Position numbers and translations under genes: made by a program | The notes under the pieces: model-generated | Seen by the model: only the letters and a program-made list of their open reading frames with translations | Databases searched by the model: none | What the model was told of the DNA's origin: nothing | NCBI RefSeq assembly: GCF_009914755.1 | Contig: NC_060927.1 | Reading direction: 5' to 3' (one strand) | From: the human T2T-CHM13v2.0 reference genome, Homo sapiens | DNA: 64,000 nucleotides | Shown here: piece after piece, positions 1 to 13,861 of the stretch | Numbering within the stretch: the stretch's first letter is position 1 | How the letters are laid out: each line of letters opens with the position of its first letter

Positions 1-49
1 CTTTTTCTGAAAGTTTTTAATTTAGTTGCAACGTATCTGCAGTTTTTAA

Positions 50-335
<286 letters not shown>

Positions 336-559
336 GGTTGCAATCTTTTTATAGAGGCTAAAAACTATAGTATAATCTGTAGTTCCTTTTCCATTTGGGT
401 ATTTTCTATCATTTCTCTACTTACAAAGTGACCACTATAAGGTTCTAGTCAACAGTCATTTTTTCCTTTGTTTCTATAAAACAAAATTTTGTATTTAAAA
501 TTTCAATAAATCTACTTTTATTTATTTTGTTTTATTTTCATTAAAAGGAAGCTTTGGTT

Positions 560-1500
560 TTATTATTTTCATTTTACTCTAGACACAGACATTTAATAAC
601 TCTCAATTCTTTTTCAGAAAACTCTTTGATATTCTGACCTATTTATGCTCCCAGAGGCATTCTTAGAATTATCATTTATAAAGTCATGTTTATGCTTTCA
701 TTGAGACTTTACCAAAGCTATAATGAAAGTTGCGAACATCTGACATCTTTAGAATATGATAGTCTTTATATTCAGAAATACAGTTTGCCCCTCTGTTTAT
801 TTCAATATTCTCCCAATAAAACTTAGTCGTTTTTCACGTCATTTGTAGCTTTGTAACTTATTCCTAAATATTTACTAAATGTTTACTTTATTGTAAATTG
901 GATTCCTTTTGCATTGTTTTCCCCATATACTTTCAATTTTATTTGTTATTATTTCCTTTTGGCATGTTGTTTTATTATTTTCCTGAATATGTTAAGTAGA
1001 GGCTTAGTTCATCTTTTTTATTATTATTATTCTTTACTTCTATACAAATTGTGGAATTTTGAGTAATAAATGTTTTACTAAGTGCTATTTTGGCAGCATT
1101 CCATACTTTTAAAACATACTGTATGTATATTTTCATTGCATTTTCTTGCTCTGGGTTCCTTCCCTGACCTAGGCACTTTTTTAAAACACTTTTAAAAATG
1201 TTTTTATGCATTTGGCTCATTTTAATTCCATTTTTATTATTTGTTTCTATTTTTAATGTATTGTAGCCTAAAATGTAACCCATAGGATATCAGCTTTTAA
1301 AAATCGCTTGCATACCTTTTCATCCCAGCATGTGATCCTTTTGAAAAGGGTTCTAGTATACTTGAAAAGCAAGTGCATTTCCACATCCTACTTCTATGCT
1401 CTCTACAAATAATAGTTAATTCTATTTTACTAATCATGATATTCAATTAGAATTCTGAGAATTTTTTGTCTCTTTGTTATCAATCTAATTAGGATAATCT
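560..1500 (-). mobile_element. Highly diverged L1M fragments
   Basis: T-rich sequence with weak resemblance to antisense old L1; boundaries uncertain. Confidence 0.3.
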
Positions 1501-1609
1501 TAATATGGCAGTTTCACTGACTTTTTCTCATTTGGATCTATTATTGAAGAACTGATAACCAGTCTTTTACTGTCTTACCAGTAGCATATGAGCCAGATAA
1601 TAATACGAA

Positions 1610-1730
1610 ATAATACGACTTATCATACAAAGTGGGAAAATTTTCACAGTGAAAAGAGATGCTGCTATTAATTATGCTGGACCAACAGTTGTAAACCAGG
1701 ACTCTGAGCCAATCCAAGATAACTTTACTC
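1610..1730. mobile_element. MER94-like hAT MITE
   Basis: AAAGTGGGAAAATTTTCACAGTGAAAAGAGATGCTGCTATTAATTATGCTGGACCAACAG resembles the MER94 core. Confidence 0.5.
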
Positions 1731-1945
1731 TACCTGAGAGTAATCTCAGGTATTCACTAGGGATGTTCTACACTAGCCTAAAAGGTGTTTGGGCAGTCAA
1801 CCAGGTCATATCTTGGAGGGTTTAAATGTAAACTACTCAGAGAAAAACGTAACAGAAGGATGAAGAGAAAAAGAGATACATATTGAGAAAAGACACTAGT
1901 CAGACATCTTGAGGCAAAAGAAGTTACAATCAAGAAAATGCAATA

Positions 1946-2218
1946 CCTGTAATCCCAGCACTTTGGGAGGCCAAGGCAAGTGGATCACCTGAGGTCAGGA
2001 GTTTGAGACCAGCCTGACCAATATGGTGAAACCCCGTCTCTACTAAAAATACAAAAATTAGCCAGGAGTGTTGGTGTGCGCCTATAGTCCCAGCTACTCA
2101 GGAGGCTGAGGCAGGAGAATTGCTTGAACTTGACCCGGGAGGTGGAGGTTGCAGTGAGCTGAGATCGCGCCACTGCACTCCAGCCTGGGCAACAGAGCGA
2201 GACTCTGTCAAAAAAAAA
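1946..2218 (+). mobile_element. AluS (Sx/Sq-like), 5'-truncated by about 20 nt
   Basis: Starts CCTGTAATCCCAGCACTTTGGGAGG, both arms present, short A tail; flanks AAAATGCAATA / AAAATCAATA. Confidence 0.95.
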
Positions 2219-2934
2219 TCAATAAAGAGGAGTGGGGAGAGAAGACATTTATTTGGTGACAAAAGAAAAGGTATAATAGGAGAAGAGAAGACTGTGAAAA
2301 CGCTCACAAGAAATTGTGGACTTACAGCATAGGGAGCAGCTACATCAGGGGAGATGTTACCTAGAATTAATATTAAATAACTAGTTGTCTTTGCTTCCTA
2401 AACTATGTTCCAGTTTCACAAGGCAAGCTATATAGCTACTGAGACATTTTCTGTTTCTTTATTTTTCTCTACTCATTCAATAGAACATTGGTTGAATTAG
2501 CATGAATGTGTATCTGTGACTTGAAAGTTGAAAAAGTTTCACAAAATTCTATATCTGTAAAGACTTAACATATAAGAGATGTCCAGTAAATGTCAGTTGC
2601 ATGTGTTAATATGTATTTCACACCTATCAAAGGTGATAACACTGTTTGCTCTTAGATGAAGGAGCTGTGGGTGATTTTTGTTTTCTTCTTTTGCTTATCT
2701 TTATTTTCTAAATTCCTTATAATTAGTAATGAAGAGAGAAAAAATAAAGTTATCAAAATCAACAGGTGATTTGATAAGTTTGGGTATTTGGAGAAATTCT
2801 CAAATTTAATAGCTGAAAGAATTTTAGAAAAAGGAAGGAGTAATATTCAGAAAGTAAAGTTATCAAGAGGCAAGCCATGAAAATCAGACTACCACATCAT
2901 TTACTAGAGATGCAACAGTTAAACCTACCTTCAC

Positions 2935-3065
2935 TTACTTCCTGCTTTGGTACAATGAAGACAAGAGAAATATTTTCGCTATGGAATTGCTATATGTATT
3001 AAACGAGATAATGTTAAGTGAAGCACTTAGACCAGTGCCAGGCATGACATAAGTGCTCAAGGTAC
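2935..3065 (+). mobile_element. MIR fragment
   Basis: ATTAAACGAGATAATG...AAGCACTTAGACCAGTGCCAGGCATGACATAAGTGCTCAA matches the MIR 3' part. Confidence 0.7.
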
Positions 3066-4469
3066 TGGCTATGAGCTAGGGGCTTAGAGAGCTACAGAGG
3101 AAATAGCAGCATCAACGACGACAACAACAATTAACAACAACAAAATAAAGAAGTGGCATAAATATAGAAGAGCGATTATCAAACCAGAACTGCCTTCCTT
3201 CGCTCCATTAAATCTTGGTCCTCAGCATGATTGTGACTGTTCTGAAAACCCACAGGACATATTTCAGTTCACAGAGAGGCCCTCCTTCTTAAGTGCTTCA
3301 CCTCCCTCTTCCAGATTGCCCAGGCTAGAGAGATCCTGCACTGCCCTGCTCTGCCCCACGGTGCCAGCCAGATGTCTGGCTCCTTGAGATTTATCCTTTG
3401 CCACATACAAAGAAGCAAAAGTTTTCTGGTTACAGAATTATAAGATTTCATTAGAACAACACAGAAAGGTTACCCATGTGGTTGGTATGTGTCATTTTCG
3501 TTCTTTTTTAGCAACAAACCAAATGGAAAAATGTGTAAGAAAATATGCTAGAAAAGAATTTTAAAAAGGAAAAAGTATCTTGTGTATATGAATATACAGA
3601 GTTTAGGAGCAAGAGGTGTAGTAATAATAGGGAAAATTAGATGAATATTAACATCAACTTTTGTTATTTTTATTTATATTTCTTTTACAAGTATTATGCT
3701 GATAATGCTAGCACTTTAGATGCTACCCCTTAAAGCATGCCTATAAACAGGTAACATCTGTTTTCCTTAAATTCCTTAGACTTAACTCCTCAAAGATACA
3801 GACCATACATCTCAATATTTCCTTGCACATAGTAGGTGCTCAATACATGACAGTTAAATAAACATAGGAGAGAATAAACACATACTATAGACCCAGTCTA
3901 CAAAATATTATATGAGCTATAAAGGAATCAAAAGTCTTTAAGATGCTTCGGGGAACTGCAGAGCTGTAATATATCTGGGCCGCCAGTAAAAGCTGACTGC
4001 TGAAGGTAAGTCTTTAGTAAACTAAATTTATTGGTGTTGTCAGTGCCTCTAAATTTCTTGCTCTTAAATCTAATATGTCACTCTAAAGCTCCTAATGGGG
4101 GCCTTTCATTTTCTTACCTGTTTAATTAGTTCCAAATTCCCAAACCAGAGGCAACACATTAACAACTGCAAAACAAAACAAAACAAAAATATCCTCATCT
4201 GAAATTTTATTTAGAGTATTGCTCTAGGCTCAAATTAATTCTGCTATCTCATAAACCTTACATGTGTCAGCTCCCTTTAATAACTGACTAACTTTAGTCA
4301 GTATCTATCATTTAACCAAAATTATAAAGAACTTACTTTATGCCAAGAACCATCTTAGGTATTTTGGATTAAAAGCTAATTTAGCCAGCTTCTTACATTT
4401 CTGGTTTTCTTTTGCATTATTAGAGCTTAACTGCTTGGTTCAGGACTGCTGCTTCAGATGATCTGGCTC

Positions 4470-4870
4470 TTGTAGTTTGAGTAATGCTAGCTCCTATAAT
4501 CAATGAACTGCATATCAGTGGTGGCTTAATCCAGAAGAAATTTCTTTCTTTCTCACATGATGTTTTTGGTCAGTAGGTGACTCTCCTGTCATGTGCCAAG
4601 GTTCCCTTCCTCTCAGGCTCTACCATATTCAACTTGGATCTTAAAAAGTCACACTTGAGATCATCTCTATTCTTTTCATACTGAAGTGGAAAAAACATGG
4701 AAGATTGTGCATGGGAGATTTTAGTGCTTGCCTGAATGTGGTGCACATAACTTCTATTTACATTACTCTGGCTAGAAATCAGTCACATGTCCACACCTAG
4801 CTTCAAAGAAAGATCTAAGCTGTGTGCCCAGGAATGAGAGTCAATGAGTTTGCTAAATAGCTATCCAGGC
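4470..4870 (-). mobile_element. Old MaLR LTR (MLT1J/K/L-like)
   Basis: CACATAACTTCTATTTACATTACTCTGGCTAGAAATCAGTCACATGTCCACACCTAGCTTCAAAG is typical antisense MLT1 sequence. Confidence 0.6.
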
Positions 4871-5065
4871 TTCGACATATCTCTCAACTCTGTATACTGC
4901 AACTAGACAGGAGACACCACATTGCCACGACCCACCCAGACATCTGGGATACAACCTGTCAGCTGGGCTCATAGAGCCTCCACCTCCCACTTCCTTCATG
5001 TATTCCTGGGCCAAGATAACTTTCCTTCAGTGTTTTCCAATATTTCATTATACAAACTGTGCATG

Positions 5066-5636
5066 TGTGATAGGCAACCCTCAAGATGACTCACAGTGAT
5101 TCTCACCTCTTGCTATGCACGCCCTGTGCAATCCTTTCCCCTTGAATATGTGCTAGACCTAACAATGAACTTCAACCAAAAAAAAAAAGAAAAAAAAAAG
5201 GTAGAGGCGATGTTATGTCACTTCCAGAAATAAGTTATAAAATGACTGATTTTCTTGATCACTCACTTGCTTTCATGTTCTGAAGGAAGTCAGCTCCCAC
5301 ACCATGTGCTGCCCCAAGGGTAAACACACACGTCAAGGAACTAAGGAAGGTCCCTGGCCAACTGTCAGTGAGAAACTGAGGATCTCAACAGTCAGTGAGG
5401 AACTGAATCTTGCCAACAACCACGTGTGCAAACTTGGAAGCAGATCCTTCCCCAACTGCACCATCAGATCAGACTACAGCCCCAACTCTGACATCTTTAC
5501 TGAAACTTCACTCATAAGAAACCTTCAACTGGAGCATGCACCCAGATTCCTTATCCACAGAAACTGGGAAATGATTTTTTGTTGCTTTCTGCCACTAAGT
5601 TTGGGGTAACTCATTACACAATAATTAATAAATATG
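5066..5636 (+). mobile_element. MaLR LTR (MLT1F-like)
   Basis: TGTGATAGGCAACCCTCAAGATGACTC start, GAGGAACTGAATCTTGCCAACAACCACGTG core, GCCACTAAGTTTGGGGTAA end. Confidence 0.8.
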
Positions 5637-6419
5637 CTACTTATTGCCAATAGGGCTTCCCTCTTCCCTTAGCTGCTCTTGCAAAACACCTGTATTCAGA
5701 TGCCTCCAAGATTGTGTTTCTGCAGAGTATCTGCATACATGGTCTGAGAATGCCACATATACATATTTTATACACATATATATTTATAGTAAATTATATA
5801 CAAATGCATGCATATAATTTCAAAAAGTCCCATTTTTATACAACTTTTTTTATGTTCTTTTTAACACAGCAAAATTTTTACTATACAAATTTGATCTGTC
5901 TTTTTAAAACTTAAAATCTTCACAGTTACCTTTTGTCTAATATTTGGTTGTTAAAAATACAATCATGTTATGATACATTAAACTAATCTTGGAATATATA
6001 TGAGAAATATATTGCCTAATTTAGGTTTAGATGAAAAGAAGAACCAAACAATACATAGCCAAATTATTGAGGACAATAATCTTAATGTATTCACTATTGT
6101 ATTGCCTATAACTCCTAGCATAGAGTATAGCACATATTCTTTTTGGAGCAAATAATAAAACTTGTTCTACTTTAAGGTAGATTTTCTCACAGACTCTAAC
6201 AAATTCTTGATGTGAAAAGAACAAAAATTTTAGAGCCATGCTTTTTCATCTGCAAAATATAGAAGTCAGTGTTTATTCTTTTATCGCTGTAAGGGTGCTG
6301 TGAAAAATAATGTGATAAAATGTTGAGAACAAAACTTTGGAGCAGTATCTTCAGGACTTTTTCTAATTTAAAACTTCTGGAGAGTTTGCAAGTAGATATT
6401 TCCTAAAAGGCAGCCTTAC

Positions 6420-6645
6420 ACAGTTTGAAGAACCTGGGCTTTGAAATCAGAATATGTCGTCCCCACTCTGGCATTTACCTATGATCTCCAAAAAGTAGCT
6501 TAACTTCTTTGAACTGTTTTCTCCATCTGTAAAATGGAGATTGTATTGTACCAAAATAGCTCGTAGTGATGTTGTGAAGCTCCAAAAAATAGATACACGC
6601 CATTATTTTATAAACTATAAAACACTATATAAATGTTAATTATAA
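6420..6645 (+). mobile_element. MIR
   Basis: GGGCTTTGAAATCAGA...CTTAACTTCTTTGAACTGTTTTCTCCATCTGTAAAATGGAGAT core. Confidence 0.75.
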
Positions 6646-6744
6646 TCATTATTTTTAAACACAAGTGTTCCTGTATAGGCAGATATATAAGCTCATATTT
6701 TCACATTATTTCATTTTTCCAGTTGATAATAATAATAATGAACA

Positions 6745-6869
6745 TTTGTGCATGATGGCACATGCCTGTAGTCCCAGCTACTTGGGAGTCTGAGGCAGAA
6801 GTTCTAGTTCAGCCTAGGCAATATAGCAAGACCCTGTCTCTAAAAAGTAAATAAATAAATAATAAAAAG
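6745..6869 (+). mobile_element. Monomeric Alu (FLAM/FAM-like) with internal deletion
   Basis: GGCACATGCCTGTAGTCCCAGCTACTTGGGAG...GCAAGACCCTGTCTC plus A-rich tail; 15-bp TSD TAATAATAATGAACA at 6730-6744 and 6870-6884. Confidence 0.85.
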
Positions 6870-6884
6870 TAATAATAATGAACA

Positions 6885-7070
6885 AAGAACATCTTCTAAG
6901 GGCTAGATACTATCCTAAAATCTTTATATGTATTAACTTTACAATTTAAAAATCTGAGGAAGAGAGATGTTAAATAATTACCGAAAGCCACACTGCTAAA
7001 AATTATTGACAGAGCCTGGAATTAAACCCTAGAAATCAGCCGCTAGAGTCTGCCCTTAATGATGGCACAA
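6885..7070 (-). mobile_element. MIR
   Basis: CTGAGGAAGAGAGATGTTAAATAATTACCGAAAGCCACAC...GGAATTAAACCCTAG, antisense MIR. Confidence 0.7.
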
Positions 7071-7199
7071 TATCACATTCCAAATAAATTTTATTATGTT
7101 TGCAGAGATGTGTTCACACATACATACAAACACACAATATTTTTTAAACTACAGCCTGTATTACATGCAGATGATCTTGGGTTTTCTTTGTCTTTTTTC

Positions 7200-7950
7200 T
7201 CTTCTGGGATACTATATTACACTGAATAGTCATGTTCCCTCAGGCCCTTCTGGCTGTGACAGTTTCTCAGACTTTCTGTATTTGTTATGACCATGACAGT
7301 TTTGAGGATTACTGGTCAGGTGTCTTGTAGATATCCTTTAATTGGGATTTGTCTTATTTTTTTCTCATTATTGGGCAGGGGTAATGTGTTTTTAGGAGGA
7401 AGACCACAGAGGTAAATGACTATTCTCATCACATAATATCACGGGCATATACTGTCAATATGACCTACCACTGTTGATGTCAACCTTGATTATCTGGCTT
7501 CAGATACGATTTTTCAAGTTTCTCCACTGTAAAGTTGATTTTTTTGTCCAGTTCCCATACTGAATTCTTTGGAAGAAAGTCACTATGCTTAGCCTCCGCT
7601 TAAGAACTGGGAAAATAGTCTCTATCTTCTAAAGAGTTGAGTACCTACATTAATTATTTGGAAATCACAGGAGATTTGCCTGTTCTTTCAAATTTATTTA
7701 TTGGTCCAATCATTTATTTAGTCAGCATAAGACTTATGGATCTTTATTTTGTAATTTGGATTATAATCCAATACTACATCAATTTTATTGCCCAGATGGT
7801 TTTAGCATTGGCCATTGGGAGCTCTTTTGGTGGCTTCTGTGTCCCTTTGACATACAGCCATCATTGGGGAGGTTGTTTGATTTACTTGGCTTGAATACAT
7901 TTTTGCTTTCTGGCACAATATGTTTTAGAATTCCATTAAAATAATAATAT
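7200..7950 (-). mobile_element. L1MC (L1MC1-3-like) 3' UTR
   Basis: CTGTGACAGTTTCTCAGACTTT...GACAGTTTTGAGGATTACTGGTCAGG...GGAAGACCACAGAGGTAAA resembles the antisense L1MC 3' end. Confidence 0.75.
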
Positions 7951-9830
7951 CTCCTGCAAGATTTTATTTTGAATTCTGGCTTATACCAGAAAGGAAGTAG
8001 GAAAGTATGAGCCTAACCACTTCAGCTCCCGTCCAGTCTTATTTAGAAGGATCTCATAGTCTCTCTAACACTTCCCTTTTTAGGCCAATTGTTTGGGGTC
8101 ATAAGTTCCTCTGAGAATCTGATTTTAAAAAAACATAAACAAAAAAACAAAAACCTGTGATCCCCACGAAATGCCTATGAACACTCATCCATTAGATGTA
8201 CATGAGCTCTTCTGGTTTCACAAACCAACTAAAGCTTACCCATGCACCCTGCACTAGGGCTGGCGCCTCTATCCAGAGGAACATGCAAGCAAGCATCTAT
8301 TCTGGAGAAGGCCTTATCAACCTCAGAAGCTGGAGAAATAATCAGTTCCTATTTATAATCTTAGACTTTTAGGGCTAAGAACCATGAAGGATCATGGCAG
8401 TCCATTTCGATAGATGAAAAAGTGAGGCTTGTAGAAATAAGCTGACCTGCCTAGTACACTCTGTACCCACATGGCGAGCCTTGGCTTCTCTTCTGATCCC
8501 AAGACCATGGCTAGTTCCATCCACTGTGTTATTGAAGGAGGGTTTGACATTCCTGAATTTAGGGTAACATAGCATTTAATCATTTTGCTTTTTGACAAAC
8601 TGCTGAACGAAAGTTTCCTTCAGATTCATACTATTATTTACCAACATCTTTCTCCCAAATCACTTCAAATGGGAAACTATAGGACAAAATAAACCACCAT
8701 CCTTAGAAAGGCAGAAAACCCTGTTCTGAGGATCCGCTGCTCTCCTGGTATTTGCATTCCCTTGCTTCCCTAGTTTCACTCTCCCCTGTCATTATATAGT
8801 TTCCTTTCTCTCAGAAGTTCAAAGAGTTGGAACAGCTCAGAAGGAAATGAGAGTCTGAACATAAGTTTTCTGGGGAAGCACTTAAGAAAATAAGCCTCAT
8901 ATTCCTTTTTAAGTCATATCCCACTCAGTTTCCATGGTGAAGATAAACTCCAGTCTGGGATTTGGAAATCCATATTGTTGTGCCTGGGGCTAGAACTAGA
9001 GAAGCCAGGCTGGCTGCTCTAAGACTGGGGGAGGAGGAGTACCTAATGGCTTTATCTCCAACCACTTCCTTGAAGTGTCCTGTCATTTCAAATCTAAAAC
9101 CTCCTTAGAATAACATAATTAATTAACAAGACTATTTGGAATGAAAAGTTCTTGGAAGAGCAGTCCCAATGCCACCCACCCCCCCCCCCAAAAAAAAGCA
9201 TTGCAGAGATGTTCTTATATGCACCCTTCAACAAACAAATAAGAACGGAAATGTCCATGAACCTGAATGCATAGAGCTATTTGGGCCTATTCTAATATGC
9301 TCTTCAATGAGATTTACCTGCATATAGCAGTAGAGAAATGGGATGAATAACATGAATATGTTGCACATTCAGTGTCAAGAATTTTTATCAGAAATAAGAA
9401 TCTGGAATTCCCCAGCTCCCTGTTATGAAATGCAATTCAGCATGTCTATGGGCATGAGTCAAGACCAACTCTCAACTACCACTCTCATCTCCTCCTTCCA
9501 GTTAATTAAGTTGGGCTTCCAAGATCCAAAGTTGTCCCCAGTCATTGAAGGAAATAAATGGTACCTTACCACCTTACAGTGAAACTAGCAAGTAGGGAAC
9601 CACAGCACAAATGCAGATTTAACACAACTAATCTGCAACTGTCACTTTATTTCAAATTAAAGCATTCAAGAAAAACAGCCTGCCTTCATGAAGTAGAAAC
9701 ATAAAGTCATAGCTAACATTAAAGAAGTCGCATGGAAATTATTTGATTTTTTCATGAGAGTAAATAATGGAAAAGACGGGATGTGCACCCAAAAGCATAG
9801 CGCTTTTTATCCAATAAGGATCACTGCAAG

Positions 9831-9874
9831 CACCTAAACCCAGAAAATCAATCACCTAAACCCAGAAAATAAAT
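9831..9874. repeat. 22-bp tandem duplication
   Basis: CACCTAAACCCAGAAAATCAAT followed by CACCTAAACCCAGAAAATAAAT. Confidence 0.9.
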
Positions 9875-10184
9875 AATTTCTTCCTTCAAAAACAGGTTCA
9901 TTTGAGTAAAAATTAGAGAAGATGGTCATTTTGAGAAGTTTTTCAAAAAAGAAAACAGGTTGAGCTATCTTTCTAGGTTATTAACAAATTGAAATTGAAC
10001 CACAAAGAAAAAGGGAGATGCTATTCAATAGTTTTTGGTAATGTAATCCAAAAAAATCAACGAATAAATTAAGATTCCAACATCTTCCAGTAAGTAGGTG
10101 AAGTTCAAGGTCTTTAACTGAAGCTGGAATATTGACATGTTAAAATCATGTTCCTCTCAGTGTACTCTGAGGGTCTTCATAGAC

Positions 10185-10300
10185 AGCTGCATTAGAATGA
10201 CATGGGGAGTGAGGAAATGATTGGGGGCTGCATGTAATACAGATTCCTGGATCCAGCTGCAGATCAATTGACTCTGAATCTCCAAGTGATTCTGCTACAC
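10185..10300. mobile_element. MER5-like hAT-Charlie fragment
   Basis: GCTGCATTAGAATGAC...TACAGATTCCTGGATCCAGCTGCAGATCAATTGACTCTGAATCTC. Confidence 0.5.
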
Positions 10301-13300
10301 CCTGAAAGGGGAAAATCTCTGCCTTAGAAACAATGCAATGTAGTGGAAAATGCCTTTTCAACTGATAATGTACATTCTTAGACAAAATTGGTTTTGAATT
10401 TATGATATGATATAGTTCAATTTGATCAGCCACTACACATCATAAATTTTTAAAACAAAATGATTTTCGTTAAGGCAAGCATCCACTGTGATAGTTGAGC
10501 AGTTTTATATCTGGAGACTTCAGAATATTCTTATAAAATAGGAAGTTGGACTCTTGGCAAAATGCTCAGTTATGGGTTTTTGTTTTGTTTTTAATTTTAT
10601 AAGTATACATCTATCTAAAATATAGGAAAGTTTTAGAGTAGGTTACACAACTTATTCCTTAATTAGCTTTCTAGATCCCTTTCCAGAAAATATCCTTAAA
10701 CGCACATTGGCTTAGAGTTGAGTTTTATTGATTCCCCAAACTTGAATGTGGTAAAAAATTTTTTCACAAGTTGCTGTTTTTAATTTTCCAATTTCCAAGA
10801 AGGTGTGATGACTAACAACACATATTCCATGCATTCTAAATGTTCTGATCTTTTAAAATTGCTCTTTGGCATTTTTGATCCAGGCAATAAGTAAAATCTT
10901 TATCAGGCAGTGAGTGAAAATTAAAGAACCTGTGAAAGTATAAACAAATCTTGTTATAATTATCACTAGGTTCTGAATCATTAAAACATATTTGTAGAAG
11001 CAAAATATTATGTGTTCCAAAACCCACCGCTCACAGATCAACAGCATGTCTTAGAAAGAGTGCCAAGAGCCATGGGTCCAATCTGAGCATGAGCTCTGTT
11101 TCAAGATGCAGAAACCAAGGTAAGAAACTAACTATGTCTGTTCTTTGCATCTTAAGCAGGCAAAAGAAATGTATTTCATGGGCTTTCACACTTTATTTGA
11201 AGATTATCATAAACTGAGAATTTCATACTGTAAAACCTCTAAACAGTAAACCTTTAATACAGCCTGTCATGCATTTCACAGCCTTCCATGAAATGGTGTC
11301 ATCTGAATTTCTCCTGCAGGGTTGAAAGTATTAGACTTAAAGTTAAAATTCCACATTCTGGAATTAAGAATTATTTTGCAATGAGCAAAGCCCTCCTAGA
11401 CAAAACTTATTTACATTGATCCTGTCAACACATTTTACTTGTTTTTTTAAAGTATTGATTTTAAGAACTACTATATTTAAATACACTGTTAGTAAATTTC
11501 AGGGTAGATTTGATTTACTGCAGCTTTGGGGTAAACTTTGCTTATCAAGTGTAATAGTGAGTAATCAGTATAACCAGAGACATGTGCTGTTACGTATATT
11601 TGTGTTAGCATTTAACTGATCTATGGAAACAATAAAATGGGTTTGGTAATCAAGTAGCGTTAGAGCTCATTAGAGGGACCTCACAGAGAAGCATCCTATC
11701 TAAAAGGGAGTGTCACATGCCTTGCATTTATTAACTAGAGTCATTTTTTAGCTTCTGCTTAGGAGACTATACTTCTAATTTGCTTAATTGCTACTGAACA
11801 AGACAGCTGAAAAGTGCACAAGGAGAATTAAAAAAAAATCCCTGATAACACAAGAAGTAAATTAATCCCCTCCTGAACAAATAAATCAAAATTTTAAAGA
11901 TACTGAATGTAGACAAAGCCAATCCAAGGAGAAATTTCACTGTGAGAAATGTGATGAAGTAAAAAAGAACTGTATGTTCTCCACACAAAGCAACTCCACA
12001 TTGGGTAGATAAAATGATGGGATAAGAGGGTTTTGTAGGAGCTCAGCCCTCATGAAGTTATCTAATGGGATAAAAACCTTAACAAAGAATTAAAACAAAG
12101 ATGGCAGGCTTTAATTGAAAACTTGATCAATTAGCACAGAGGCCATAAGATAGAGGCAGCAGAGCATAAAATTTGATTAAACAGAACCATACATCCTGCT
12201 TTATTTCCAGCGATGTGGTGAAACAGATGACCTTGGAGGGGGAAAAAAAGATGTTTTTGAGGATGAAATAGTCCAGAATGGTGGTTAAAACAAAGTTCTT
12301 ATGAGAAGTTTTGTGTATAAGAATGCTTTAAATTAAAATTCACATTTATATTCAAAGGAGAAACCACAGAGATGTAAGTTTAGATAATTGACATATAATC
12401 CAAATTTATGACACTGTATCAGGGCAGATGGGATGCAGAAAATAATTTTATTTCATAAATGTGAAGAACTGAGCATATTATGGTTTGCTGACTACTCAAA
12501 TTTTCTCGCTCATTTTGGCCCTATTTTCACTCATTCTGTAATGACAGAATGAAACAGATCCAAATTACAGACTTGAGCCCAGTTAGAACGAAAGTATGTG
12601 AAAAATCTCTCCCGAGAAGCCACTCTGTTATGGTGCTCAGCTTATTCTTTCAGAAGAAGGTGATGAGGAAGAAGAACTAGAGGAAAGCTGGAATATTCTT
12701 CCATACCTGCTACAATTTTGAATAAATTGTGTTCTGTGTTCTGTTCATTGACTGTCAGGAATAATAGCAAAAGTAGGCAAGAAAATTTTACATTCAAATA
12801 TGAAATAGTTAATATTGAGACCATGTAACAATTTTTCCATCATTTTTTCCTCAGCTAGTTATGGCTGAGTATTCCTTCCCCTTTTCATTACTTATTACTT
12901 CACCTTATTTCATTTCTAATTTCATCTTGCTTTTTTTACTTTCATGTAATGTCCTCCCATCGCCTCCCCCAGTGCTTGTACACTTGTAGACCAGAGTTAG
13001 GTTTTGCTGCTGCCTCCAGGTAAATGCACACTTATTACTAGAAAATAAATGACATGAGAAGGGACTCCAGGAAAAAATAAGAAAGAAAACCATTAAGTCT
13101 ATAGAAACAGAAGATATTTGAGGAGAAAGCAGCAACTTTCTACTTCAAAAACTACCAATAAAAGCACTGCTGCAAAAAAATCTGTTTCTTGCAAAGCTAA
13201 AGATGTTCAGTGTAAATGGAGAGTAAAAAGGCTTGCCATTCTGGTCTGCAGAGAAGACAGAGACTAAATGAAAAATCAGTGGTGTTCTTTACTCCATAAG

Positions 13301-13861
13301 AGCACCCCTCTTCACCCATGCATTCACACTCACAAGAGGCTATGGAAGTGGCAGAGACTCATGTCAGCTGTCACTAAGGGAGACAATGATTCTGCCAGTC
13401 AATATTAAAATGTATCTGCAGGCTCAGATGAGCATACTCTGCTCTTAAGCCTATTACTGTTTCCAAAACAAAAGAATGCATCTTCTTTCTCCTGTCGTTT
13501 CAACTGCCTTCAATCTTTCCTTCTCTGATTCCATCCATAGCCCATTTTTTCCTCATGATTTTTCCTGTATAAAAATGTTAAAGCAAGAGGACAGAGCAGC
13601 TACACCACCCAGACTATACCCCGACTCTAAATATTACACTAAGTACCAGATTCGAATATTGAGTGAGCAACCTCACATTTTAGCAGCTCATGCTTCTGTG
13701 TAATGAGGATATACACCAAAATCTACAAGTCTCACAGGTGGATTTACTTATACATTGGGCTCTCGAAGAAACACCTGCTTAGCCTTTATTCTAGAGATAA
13801 ATGTGGCCTCTTAAATTAAATAATAAATGTTAAGGTGAATTTTGTAAAGTTTCTTCCGAAC

